Positions 26,601 through 37,772 of a DNA stretch of 64,000 nt are shown here, one piece after another. Source of the DNA: Diadema antillarum (lineage: Eukaryota). A program made the position numbers and the translations under genes. Below the pieces are notes generated by a model that ran no database searches, was not told the DNA's origin, and was given only the letters and a program-made list of their open reading frames with translations. The stretch covers positions 434,001 through 498,000 of the forward strand of contig NW_027271028.1 in NCBI RefSeq assembly GCF_040938485.1, in the 5' to 3' direction. The first letter of the stretch is position 1. Each line of letters begins with the position of its first letter.

Positions 26601-28680
26601 CGCGGAATACCTCGCTCCAGTGAAGGCGCTGGTGGCGATGCGTGAGCAGCTGAACAACTGACATGTAGAAGTCGTCAAGAGAACCTGCTTGACATTTAGC
26701 GGGGTCTAAATTTAGAGCAATCCCCGCCCCTTCTTCTGACGTCAGAAACTTCAATAATCGGAAAGAATGATCAGTTAAACAGCAAGGAAACTTTCATGAC
26801 ACAAACATGAGAGAGGAAATGTGTAATTTGGCATGAAAGATGCCTTAAACCTCGAAGCTTGAATCATTGATAGTTCCACAACGGTTCAATTACTTTGATT
26901 CAAGAAAAGTGTTCTTTGTAAAGTGTAAACATTTACCAAAACAAAGGTCAAGATAATACGAATGTTGACAATAAAAAAGATTGCGGAATGGATATGAGAA
27001 AACACTGCGATGGACTAAAAAGTTCAACGACTAAGGGAAAGGACATATTTAAAAGATAAAGAAACAAAGAAAACAATAATTAATAAAAGATAGGAAGGAA
27101 AGACTGCGGGAAAGAAACAGAGGTCAGGTGAACTTTGAGGGAATCAGATATCCGACAGAAGATGGTCGAAAGGACGAGAACTCTAAAAACCGGGTTAGGA
27201 GTTATCAGCCAGAGATACATGTAGGTTAAACAGCCTCTTGTGGCCTTCAGCTCGTCCTCAGACCAGTTCTTTAAGACAGATCGAACAAAGAAAGGATGGA
27301 TGAACTGGGAGAGGCGGCCAGTTGTTTACACCCTCCTTCGAGTGTGCACCAAGTCATCTGTTCCTGCTCTTCAGACACTTAATACGTCTCCCTCGATCTC
27401 CCGGTCCATCTCAGGCCTCCGCTGTGCCCTCCCGTTAAGACATAGGTCATCGGTTGACTGTGTCTGTCTTCCCTTGTTTGTCTGTCTGTTTGTACCTCCC
27501 CCCCCCCTCTCTCTCTCTCTCTCTCTATCTTTCTCTCTCTCACACACACACATACACAACACTATTGTCTCTCTGACAGTTATTTCATTGGATCAAGTCT
27601 TCAATAGAATTCAGCAAATTTGTCAATCAATATACATTAAAAAAAATACGTCGGCTGCGATATTCAATTTCAAAACCGAAGACCTTTGAATATTTGTTGT
27701 TTTTATAATTAATTTTGTAACTAAGGAATTATAAACATATTACTCTACTTCCATTTTTTTCCTGATATCGAAAGTCATAGGGATTTCGAGAGAAAACAGT
27801 AAAAATCGAAAAGCTACTGATTCCACACAGCATAGGGAAATATTTGTATACACAGCCAAACATTTTCCCTGTGGTATACTAAGGAAAGACATTCGTCTTA
27901 CCCGCATCCGCGCTGGGCTGGATTGGTTCTGAGACGGCGCTTGGCTTAGACTTGCCGACGGCGTTGATGCAGCTAACCCTGAACTGGTACTTATTATCGG
28001 AATTCAGGCCTGTGCAGGCATAGCTCGTGCTAAATACGTTGCCGGCGACCACCTTCCACTTTTTGCCGCCGTCTTCGCTGATCTCGACTTCGTAACCGGT
28101 GACGATGCTGCCGCCATCGTACGTAGTTCCAGCCCAGACCAGGTTGATCGTGTCCGACGAGCACTTGGCGGCAAAAGGCTTGTCTGCTGGAGGCTCGGGT
28201 GGCTCTGGGAGAGGTAGGCACCAAAAGAAAGATTACGTAATGACAAGTACAATGACCTTTTGCCCATGATATGATGGTGGCAGACAAATTAAGGACAACA
28301 GTAGAATTAAGGAAATATATCAAAGCCAAATTGAGTTATTTTTTTAAGCTACAGTGCCCGGGATATATATTGATATAGGAGTAAGGAGTGATATGTTCCA
28401 ATTCATATAGCCGGCTAGTTTCACCAAAGGTTACCGAAATAAGCGTTGTAAGACAATGTAGTTGTTCGAGGAGGAGACACACCCATGTTATTAAAAAACA
28501 AACAAACAAACAAACTAAACAAACTAACGCATGTTTGCTCTCATGAAACTTTTTGACTGCAGAAATTTTCGAGTTCACATCCTCGAGTTCACATTTACAT
28601 ACAAGGTTAATTCGGGATTATAACTGTTTTATCAAAAACATTCATAGAGGAAGGAGTTAAAATCACTCACCGGCAGGCAT
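15874..28680 (-). CDS. MYLK: Myosin light chain kinase (MYLK-type), short isoform, 430 aa: FN3, acidic linker, kinase, autoinhibitory/CaM-binding tail
   Basis: Coding segments 28680-28671, 28204-27902, 23735-23706, 22556-22472, 21498-21399, 20882-20779, 20279-20138, 19524-19331, 18537-18385, 17855-17735 and 15924-15874 total 1293 nt with consistent phases. Motifs: GRGKFGTV, AAKFIK, HLDMKPEN, DFG, GTPEFLAPE, KKYIIKRRWQKAFNAVRA. Confidence 0.95.
16507..16887. mobile_element. MITE with 12-bp TIR AGGGTGGTCCAC and 6-bp flanking duplication AATATA
   Basis: Perfect inverted repeats at 16508-16519 and 16875-16886; AATATA at 16501-16506 and 16888-16893; internal GCAACAT repeats. Confidence 0.75.
17391..17710. 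mobile_element. Foldback-like MITE with ~31-bp TIR and inverted arrays of ~15-bp subrepeats
   Basis: AGACCGACACCCACGAGT is perfectly inverted at both ends; CACGAGTCATACAGCC-like units in the left arm are mirrored in the right arm. Confidence 0.75.
17735..17855 (-). CDS. MYLK: MLCK exon DRLTAQNCLDHDWL...SKARLKKYIIKRRWQ (autoinhibitory segment)
   Basis: cgtgcag| acceptor; cag|gtcagt donor; resembles smMLCK SKDRMKKYMARRKWQ. Confidence 0.95.
18385..18537 (-). CDS. MYLK: MLCK exon LSGFSPFMGDNEGET...ISDNAKEFIEKLL
   Basis: attcag| acceptor; ga|gtaagt donor. Confidence 0.96.
19331..19524 (-). CDS. MYLK: MLCK exon PENIL...DFG...GTPEFLAPE...DMWSVGVICYI
   Basis: ttccccag| acceptor; tt|gtaagt donor. 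Confidence 0.97.
20138..20279 (-). CDS. MYLK: MLCK exon VSGGELFDRV...HLDMK
   Basis: ttcttcag| acceptor; aag|gtttgt donor. Confidence 0.95.
20779..20882 (-). CDS. MYLK: MLCK exon VEHEIEIM...HPKLLQLYDAF...MILE
   Basis: ctctcag| acceptor; ta|gtaagt donor. Confidence 0.95.
21399..21498 (-). CDS. MYLK: MLCK exon GKFGTV...AAKFIK
   Basis: ttcaag| acceptor; gag|gtatgt donor; Gly loop and catalytic Lys. Confidence 0.95.
22472..22556 (-). CDS. MYLK: MLCK exon DEAAFEPRDV...YYEIREELGR
   Basis: gtctcag| acceptor; ag|gtaagt donor; phase 1-2. Confidence 0.93.
23003..23385. mobile_element. TTAA-flanked Kolobok-like MITE, copy 1
   Basis: TTAA at 22999-23002 and 23386-23389; termini AGGGACTGTACAGT...ACTGTACACACCCT; similar to copies at 38189 and 51594. 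Confidence 0.8.
23540..23605. repeat. (GTT)n microsatellite
   Basis: Seen directly. Confidence 0.9.
23706..23735 (-). CDS. MYLK: 30-nt acidic linker micro-exon (GDDIDEEEVP)
   Basis: ttcaccacag| acceptor with polypyrimidine tract; cag|gtgagt donor; symmetric phase 1-1. Confidence 0.8.
26640..26750 (-). promoter_or_regulatory. Intronic muscle-type cis-regulatory module (E-boxes, MEF2, GC box, CRE)
   Basis: CAGCTG 26647-26652; CAACTG 26655-26660; MEF2 CTAAATTTAG 26706-26715; GC box 26722-26730; TGACGTCA 26737-26744 inside the 14-bp palindrome TTCTGACGTCAGAA. Confidence 0.55.
27902..28204 (-). CDS. MYLK: MLCK FN3 exon (PPEPPADKP...LVWAGTTYDGGSIVTGY...YQFRVSCINAVGKS)
   Basis: cccag| acceptor; g|gtaaga donor; 303 nt, phase 1-1; YDGGS FN3 like the FN3 preceding the vertebrate MYLK kinase. 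Confidence 0.95.
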
Positions 28681-28701
28681 CTTCAGCTGATGTTAAAAGT
28701 T
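28671..28701 (-). CDS. MYLK: 31-nt start-codon exon (21 nt 5'UTR + ATG CCT GCC G)
   Basis: ttcttctag| acceptor (28702-28703); ccg|gtgagt donor (28669-28670); in-frame TAA upstream of the ATG; phase 1 matches the FN3 exon (MPAEPPEPP). Confidence 0.75.
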
Positions 28702-29979
28702 CTAGAAGAAATAGAAAAACAGCGTATCATAAATAGGCCCTCCTATGATTTCGGAAAAAAGTTATCAAGGAATTACCCATCGCATACTTGGATTAATGCA
28801 GTATAATATATTCCCTACAAACATATAATTCAGATCATTTAATCAGTTGACTCTGTTCATCAAACTGTCGACGGTATGAAAAAAAAAAAAGAAGATATCT
28901 TTTTTTCTTTTAAGACTTTGGGTTGGGATAAAGACAGAGTAAAAGAGAAAGAAAAATGTTTGTCTAATGCTAGAGGTACATATCTATTTGATAGCACACT
29001 CACACATCTACAAACAACGCAAGCACGCACACACGCACACATGCACACACACATACGCACACGCACATACACTTGCATATACAATCAAATTTGCGTGACA
29101 CCAGGTAATTTTAGTAATACATGTAATATAAAAACATATTGCAGTAAAGAAGAGGCAAAACGGCATAGAAACAAAGTATGTTTTAAGAGCTTCATATTTG
29201 TAATTATGCAAGATCATTGAAATCATTTTAGAGTTTTTCTGATGTAGAAAAACACGACGGAAAGTTTATTTGATTGTAATAAAGGCATAAAGACGCTTCA
29301 GGGTGCTTTGAAGCAAGTACCGTGGGTGTCACGTTGTCCACAGTTTGTTATTTCTCCACGTCAAGCTCTATGCACCTGACAAAACAGAGCGCAGATTAAG
29401 GGCTCTTTATCGGGTCATCTCCGTAACGTAATATGACACAAACAGAAGATATGGAAGCATATTGTGTGCTTGACCTTTTGCCAGGCTAATTTCTGTACCT
29501 CCACAACATGCACGGCCGCTTCTTCTTTATATCATATAACACAACTCCTCAAGGTTCGATGCGCGTGGTCTGAAACACACACATGTTATGAAATGGAAGT
29601 TAGTGAATGAATGATGATTATTCCCAATCTATATCATATAGTAGAAATTGAAACAATTAAAAAAGCCAATGTCAAGCATAATGTGCCAGATATCACATTA
29701 AAGTTTCAACAACAAGTTTGGCGATCAATCTGGTAGCGCCTTTCAAATCAACATGTTGTGGAGCAATATAGTGTGATTTAACCCAAAGTTGATAGTTAGA
29801 ATTTTTTTAACAGCACATCATAGCTTTGTATCATATATCGATAATCTCAAGATATGAAGAAATAAGAGGAATAAACATATGAAATGTGTCAAAATAACGC
29901 ATGTGTCTTTGCCAGCGTTCAAACACTTTACTAAAACAATGCCAACGGATGTATTATTGTTGTTTAGAGAACGCATTAC

Positions 29980-30330
29980 CTGTTTGCTGGTCCGAGAATG
30001 TCTCCAGTTGCTATTGGCGAATTAAGTTCCAAATTTCAAAACCCTCAACACCAAAAAAAAAACAACAACACTGAAATATGACCAGATGAGTTAAACCAGT
30101 GAATTAACATGAACAGCAAACCCCGGTTTTCAATAAGAAATGCATAAGACTTTCCAAACTGGCGCGCGCGAGAAAACTTCGTTAATGGACGGTGTGCTCA
30201 AGAAGTGAGTACCAAGTGTTCTCCATCACATCATCCAGATGTGTCTCTTACACTCAGTCAGTCTGTCTCTCTCTCTCTCCCTCTCTCGCTATCTCTTCTA
30301 TGACGTGACATTCCTCCTCTAACATATTGG
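29980..30330 (-). other. Candidate alternative promoter or 5'UTR exon of MLCK
   Basis: cag|gtaatg donor (exon end 29980); CCAAT at 30326-30330; TGACGT at 30301-30306; GA-rich tract. Confidence 0.35.
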
Positions 30331-31134
30331 TATACAAGGCTTTAGATATGGGAAGGTCAAATGAAACGACTCCAACAGGGCTGTGACGTCACGTTGTCTA
30401 ATGGTAATGGAAGATTATCATGAACACGTAAACACAACATCTCTTCCAATGTCTTACCCCGACCTCTTTCCCGGGAAATGAAGTCGTATTGCACTCGATT
30501 AGAATCTTCACGCACATAAAAAAAGACACACACACACACACACACGCACACACACACACACGAAGACGCTACTAACAGCAAAACACACAAATACAAAAAA
30601 AGAGAACAAAACACGCACACATACAAAGGCATATAAGCCGAATCTTTAATTTCAAACACTATCTAATGAGGACATATCAAGATATCAGCATACATGCACC
30701 CATTTCCAGTGTATGCTTTAATTACAAGAAATATTAGCGCAAAGAAGAATCAATGTGGAAAAATGAGTACGGCTTTAAAAGCTTTTTTTTTTTCTTCTTC
30801 TTCTCTTTGCATCACAGAAATTATATAAAATACTGAATCATTTCTGTAATTTTTACTGTGTATTCGGACTTAGAAGTTTCACTATTTGCTCTTTTCATTT
30901 TCATACATTACACCATTGTCCCTACCAAAATAGCAACAACAACAACAACAACAACATTAAAACATACAAATATGATCACCCAGTCAAAATGGGTATGATC
31001 AGCATAATTGATACTGCCCGCTGACTGAGTGGAAACCGGTCACCTTTAAGATAACAAAAAAATGATAATCTTCTTTGCTTAAAGTGGACTAACATAGCTG
31101 GTCCACGCTTAATAGGCTGCCTAACCCCATCCCC

Positions 31135-31179
<45 letters not shown>

Positions 31180-31192
31180 ACACTCACACACA
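31135..31192. repeat. (CA)n microsatellite
   Basis: Seen directly. Confidence 0.9.
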
Positions 31193-31194
31193 TG

Positions 31195-31230
31195 TATATA
31201 AACGCATACACGCAACGTACATATTCAGTC
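31195..31230 (+). promoter_or_regulatory. Candidate TATA + Inr core promoter, antisense to MLCK
   Basis: TATAAA at 31197-31202 and TTCAGTC with A at 31227 (30-nt spacing); gcc|gtaaga donor at 31624. Confidence 0.4.
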
Positions 31231-34200
31231 CTTCACTCTCTCCTCCTCCTCTCTCTCTTTCTCTGTCAGTCTGTCTCTCTCGCTCTCTTTCTGCCTATCT
31301 ATCCATCCTTTCTCTCTATCGTTCCATCTCTGTCTCTTTGTATTGTATTTGTCTCTAACTTTTTCAAAGCTTCTTAAGGTGCAAGTGACCGCATTGCAGA
31401 AATTCCTGTGGTTTTAGCAAGCATTCTAAAACGTCACATCCGTAGCTATGCATCTGAAGGATAAAATATCGTGTCGGAGTCTCGATGAAATCCACGTCCA
31501 ACCTTGCCCATCCAATCATTGATGGGGCCATGAAAGTGTCGTGCAAAATTAAATGACTTCGGACAATGACGACGATCAGTTAAAGTTAAATAGAGGGATG
31601 TGATATTTTAACAGATCCCGGCCGTAAGAATTTCTTTATTTTTTTTCTTTTGGGCATGAATATTCATGAGTCGTTTTATATATAATTTGTTAATTTTGTC
31701 TTATGATCACTATTGTGAAACAGTTGATTAAAAAAAAACGATCTCTTTCGGAATGAAATTTTCAGATGTTACTTTTTACATGGTTAGGGGAACGGTAATT
31801 GAAAGCATCTTCAATAGATGATGATAATGATAATGATGGACAATAATAGATAACATAATAGTTGAGACAAGATCAAACACGCTTGGTTCAGTCAGATGCG
31901 GACAGATTCAACAGCTGAACTTTGTTGAGAAATTCATTTTATAAAATGCCCCTATCATGCCCATGACAATTTACTCCGTAGTGCTTCAAGCCAATCAATA
32001 TTTGGTACCGATAGAGGTGTTGCAGAATTATATTTTGTTTCAACATGATGCTATAGTTACATGCAAAATTTTATACTAGATGAAAAGTAAGCAGCAACAG
32101 TGTAAATATAATACTAATTCAAATGATACCCAATGGAGGAACTAGAGTGATGTTATTGTGTTCTCCAGTTGGCGTAAGAATGGGATAAGAATGCTGTGCT
32201 TTTGTAATTTTTGGAACTGTGAGAAGTGAGGGAGCGTCGACAATTAGCCAGAGGAGATTGATACCAAAATCTGAGTTAAGAGAAATAAGCCAATGTTCTG
32301 ATTTTCTTCATTAACAACTTGTATCGTCGATCTAGCCCAGGGTTTGCTACTGATACCATAATTGACTCGCATCATTTTAGATACCTGGGCTAATATAAGC
32401 ACAGTTGCGTCAGAGGTGTCTTCAAAGGTAGGGGGCCTATTGTTTACCATTAGGAGCAGTGAATTAAAAAATGTTCGAGTTATCACATTTGATGGATGTG
32501 TAGGTCAGTTGTACTACACAAAATACCCTACCATATAGATATTTCACAATAACGCCTTGAATATAAGGAGATATCATTATTTTTCTCAATAAACAATAAA
32601 CCTAGATTGTTTATTCCAGAATCAACTATTGCTCACAATTTGTATATCAAAAAAAAAAAATATTTTAACATTGATTCTACTGATTCACATTTTTACATTG
32701 GTTATTCTTATCCCTAACTAACATTTTAGAACTATTTTGAATCACTAAAGCTGGGTTTTTGTTCACCTGCAAATGGTAAAAAATGTCCTTAAAATTTCTA
32801 CAAGAAATGGAAACGGAGATCATTTTGCGTCGTTTCTTAAAGCTGTAAAAGTGATTTCATTCAGCAGTTATACTAGATAGGGTCTTATCGATATAGACTC
32901 AGATGTAGTGTAACTTTGATTCAAAGAATTCGAACAGAGAGAGAGATGCGATTGCCGCCTCCGACGACTTGGCAATCTTATTTGGAATGTTTAACAGTCA
33001 TGTGCAACCCCCCCAACACACACACACCAAAATTATAAGAAAGAAATTTTGAAGGTACAATTTGAAGGTCTGTGTAACGTCAGAGGTGTACCTGAAGTTG
33101 TTAACGTTTACAAGTATCACCCCAACAAAGAAACAACATAGAAAGGGATAAAGGAAATATTCAAAACAAACTCGTGTATTTCTAGTGCTAATTCAAAGGG
33201 AAGCTTATAGAGTTTGATACCTACTTCATTCCATGCCATTTCTAAAAATTATTTCAAACCAACACTAAAGATGTTGATGTTGGAATTGGATATTGTTTGA
33301 CTTTGAATGAAAACAAAGAAATAAAGTAGGTTCTTTTTTTAATGTATAACACACACGTTTCGTCTTTCATGTATGAGAAGATATCTGGACAAGAAGTCTA
33401 AAACAGCCGACAGGTGTGATGAACTACTCCCCTTTAATCCCGGAGTTAAACAATGATTGATAGGTCATATAAGATTACAGTGTGGCGCAGTGCTAAAACA
33501 AACAACATCAAGGTATGAAAGTATAAAAGTGTCACTTGCTACAACAAACAACAACAAAACACAACATACATAATTGTTCGATACACCGAAAAAAAGAAAG
33601 TAGCAGAGTAGAAAGTTAATGGAGGCTCCAACAGAATTGCCATGGTCACTGCCATTGGTCAACAAGTGACATTTGGGAAAGCAAAGACGATGACGGTATC
33701 GGATTACACTTGCATATCAAATAACCAATTCAAAGAAAGAAACAACACTGTGAAAACAAAGACTGCATCAAACCAAACCAAAAAAAAAGAATAAAAAAGA
33801 AATGTCATCAGCAGACAAACCCAGACATCAATATGATAAGATAATAAGTATCGAAAAGAGAGTTTTTACCAACGGCTTAAACAATGCAATGTGGAAAAGT
33901 TGCGCGAACTCACTGTAGATATCAAATCTATGTTTCAATAATTCAAAATAAAACGTTAATTTTGCTACAGACAACAACTGTCGGAGGGGTTAATATCTTG
34001 TTTACAAACGTAAAAAAAAAGAAACACAAGAACGAAAGACTTTCTCTGAAATAGCAATATTGTTTCCGACGGCATGAAGAAATTCTACCATTATAACAAT
34101 TAATATAAGGACAGGTAAATTGATGTATAAAGTAAAGCTTGCTTCTGAACTGGGCCATACACTTGCCCCACATTGCTGACGTTCTGTCCGAGTAGATATA

Positions 34201-34432
34201 TGGTTTCTCGCGCAGACATTCCTAAAATTCCAAATAGGGATGCGGACATGGCGAAGCGAGGTATCCGTCGTAGAGTTATCGAGTAGTCATGGCTGCGAGT
34301 CACTTTTTGAATCGCAAGTTTTGTCTCGCGTTAAAGAATTTCACTCTCACATTCACACAAATTTGTCATTCTTGAATATACAAATTTAAGCAAAAAGACG
34401 AATAAAATTGTAAATAAATTGAATTTTCTTAC

Positions 34433-34660
34433 CAGTTGAGGGGAAAAGGAGCCAGTTGATAACGTCGGGCCTTAGCCGAAGTTAGATCCCTTACCTTCGA
34501 CTGAAGCTGACTTCGCGGAGCTCGCTTCGGCTGGTCAGAGATACGGGCAATCCCACAATGCTTTGCGAGCCAGGGATGATGGGAGGAGCTAAAATGGCAG
34601 TCGACGATGTAGTCAAGACGTTACAATAGAGTTTGGAGAGTCTCTCTCCCTGGCTGCGTA
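34433..34660 (-). other. Candidate non-coding (5'UTR) exon of the MLCK locus with two alternative donors
   Basis: GC-richer, ATG-free segment; donors gaag|gtaagg (exon end 34495) and ctg|gtaaga (34433); (CA)n upstream. Confidence 0.45.
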
Positions 34661-36437
34661 AGTGTGTGTGAGTGTATATGTGTGTGTGTGTTTGTGTGTG
34701 TGCATGCTAAGAACGATGTTAGGATGTATTTGTAGATTATGTATTGGTGTGTGTGCGTGAAACTTTGTTATGTGTGTTGAATGGGCTGATAGTAGTCCCT
34801 CAGTCTAGCGAGTTCATCCTACCAACCTCTTCAGCTATACACCAGCACTATACCGTTACTTCAGTCCTCTAAACATGTCCAAGTTTCCTTCACGAGACGG
34901 ACGACGAGTTAGCTGCATCGTTAACAATGAAACTAGTTAATGCCATCCCAAAACGTCAATTTTTTTACATGATCACACGACTAGCTTTCACCTCAATATT
35001 CTGACACACCAACATCACTAACCTTACCCTTTTCTGAAAAACGTATTACCTTTTTAAGTAATTTTTTTTTTATCATCATCTGTCATTGCTTTCTCGACAA
35101 TAAATTGTAGTCCTCCTGCATGGTGCAACTCTGTAGTTTTGAATTTAATATTATTCACGATGTGTTATTCATAAGCACGATCTAATGTTTGATTTTCATT
35201 TATCATGGTGATGTAGCATAGACTTCAGTAAAACCAGTGATCTTTCACTCACTCCGAACCTGTCATTATCATTAAGAATGATAACAGCATTGTATGTGCA
35301 TGGACCTAGCTACACCGTGGGCTTCTGAGTGCACGGAGGGAAACTGTTGGCGATGATCCCTAAATGCTGGTATGCAAGATATGCATGTCCATGTATGGTA
35401 ATGAGCGGGCGCACTTCCAACCAATCGCACGGACCCACTGCAGTCCGTAGCGCGGATGGCAGGGTAACTAACCGGGGGTTCAACCCTTATTGTGTGACCA
35501 GGTCACTCTCTCCCCTTGCCCTTGTCATTATTCCCAAGATTATCGTCCATGGCTGAGAATATTAATGGCAACATTTGCATGACCCCTGGCTCTAGTGGGT
35601 CCGTGTGGATGGCCAAGGAGTGCATTGACATGTTCATAACATCTATCTCCTATGATTATTGCCTAAGAAACATCAATTAAACCACACTCAGCTTACCACA
35701 ATAGGTTCCATCAAACAACGGTTAGAGTGCCATAGGCTTGTACTTTTTTATTTTGTTGATATGATTTCTCACATTTCCCCCGTCATTGCCTGGTATGGAA
35801 TATTGATATTATTCTACATAACGTCTAATCTTCATAACCACCATAATAGTATTAGTACGGTTGCAATACTGTACTACTTGTATATGAAATATACTTTGCC
35901 TTGAGAGAATCTGGATAAAACTATGGACAGAGGTGACTCCAAAATGTACTGTTTAACATAGTACTGAAATAGTACTTCTGGAGGCACCGACGCCCATCGT
36001 TTGAACCAGAAGCTCGGAATTAGGCAGGTATATTTGTTTTGTATCTGGTACCAAAAATTTCAAAAAAAAGAAGGGGATAACATGAGGTGAGAACTTTTTG
36101 TGGAGGGTTCCTGCAGTGATAATACGAAGCAGGGAGCGATGCCAAATTTGCCTCGTGCCATTTCACAAAGTGACCGTACGAAGAAGCGCGCGCTGTCAGA
36201 ATTACTTTGTGATGTCACAATTGCTTTGCTACATTTCACGAAGTGGCTATACTAAACAGCGCGCGATGTCAGAATTTCTTAGTGACATCATTTTACAAAT
36301 GGTGCACTGTTTGGTAAATGTCATCAAACATAGTGACGCCATTTTCCAAATAGTGTACCATGGAGTGTCAAACAGGCCAACATTCTGAAATATTTGAAAA
36401 TACATATTTCAACCAATCATTAGGGGATTAATTTCTG

Positions 36438-36536
36438 TAGTAGTAGTAGTAGTAGCAGGAGTAGTAGTAGTAGTGGTAGCAGTATAAGTAGTAGTAGTAG
36501 CAGTAGTGGTAGTAGAAGTAGTTGTAGTAGACGAAA

Positions 36537-36568
<32 letters not shown>

Positions 36569-36645
36569 TGGGGGTGGTATAGTGGTAGTATTTGTATCAG
36601 TAGCAGAATTATAATTAGAGTAGTAGTAGTAGTACTAGTAGAACT
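36438..36645. repeat. Degenerate (GTA)n microsatellite
   Basis: Seen directly. Confidence 0.9.
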
Positions 36646-36734
36646 AGTACCAGTATCAGTTTTGTTATTATTATCATCATTATTATCATTCTAATCGTTA
36701 TCAATTTACCTCTCTCTCTCTCTCTTTCTCTACA

Positions 36735-37240
36735 AAGAAATTGTCACAAGACCGAACCGTAGAATAACGTTCATGTACAGGGGAACTGTTAGGTTCAATG
36801 GTTTACCGCAAGAATGCAATCTTGTTCCAAATTAGCCTTTTTTAACAAAGTGATAAATTATCTTATCCTATCTGTTTTTGTGATTATTCAACAACATTTT
36901 CATCAATGATTGACCAATCCACAGCACCTTTTGTTCAACTTTAGCTTTGTTAGGTGGGTGTGGGCGAGGGGAATGGATGTAGTATTTCTATTTATTTTTA
37001 TTGCATGTACTTTCTGCTTTTAATTATTATGGTTGAATATTGTTATCTGAAATGTAGGTTTTTTTATAATGTTGCTAATTACATCGTTTTCCTGGACTCC
37101 TCGGTGAACAGCCTTGTCTTGTAGGCGTGGGTGAGCAGGGCAATCAAACCGTATCTCAGTCAAAACTGTTTGATTATCGCTTGTGTATTCTTGTTATGTT
37201 TGTTTTATGTGGAAATAAACACGATACAGTACAATACAAA
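36735..37240 (+). mobile_element. CR1/L2-group LINE 3' remnant
   Basis: Translation RITFMYRGTVRFNGLPQE resembles the ORF2 end (TF.YRG..LWN.LP); AATAAA at 37214-37219 followed by a (TACAA)n tail. Confidence 0.55.
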
Positions 37241-37319
37241 TAAAGAGGCAGCTTGCCCTATTTCCACTGCATTTACTTACAGTATATAATGGAAGGAGTC
37301 TCAAACTTGGGGACATTAA

Positions 37320-37772
37320 AGGGGCATTCCAGACAGTTTTTGATTTTTCACATCATGTAGTACATAAATCGACAGCTCCATGTATAAATTTGTGGAATTT
37401 ATTGTGGTCCTTGAGCAGAGAAATCAATACTCGAAAAGCCTAAAACAAATTAGACTAACAAAGATGATGACGTAGGAGCCTCACATAAATGTAGCAATGT
37501 AATTCCACCACAATACCACGCGCTTAACAAGTTCATCTGTGTAGAATTTATGCATGCTTTCTTCTTTTGTTCTGCTTCCTTGAGCGTGTACTCATGCATT
37601 CTTGTTGTGAAGCTGCCACGTCATCATCCCTGTTCCTTATGATTTGTTATAGATTTTGAAAACACTCCTATTCCCCCATCCCAATCACTGCAAATCCTGA
37701 AACTCACTACCCAGCATAACCACTTTATAGTTGTTCATATGTAAAATTCTGGAAATCATTAGGAGGTCTCCT
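37320..37772. mobile_element. Probable second TTAA-flanked (Kolobok-like) family element
   Basis: TTAA|AGG start and CCT|TTAA end; TIR is only partial. Confidence 0.4.

Noticed and set aside
37090-37150. LINE 3'UTR as the donor of the SINE tail at 60770-60815
   Set aside because: The similarity is too loose to align by eye.
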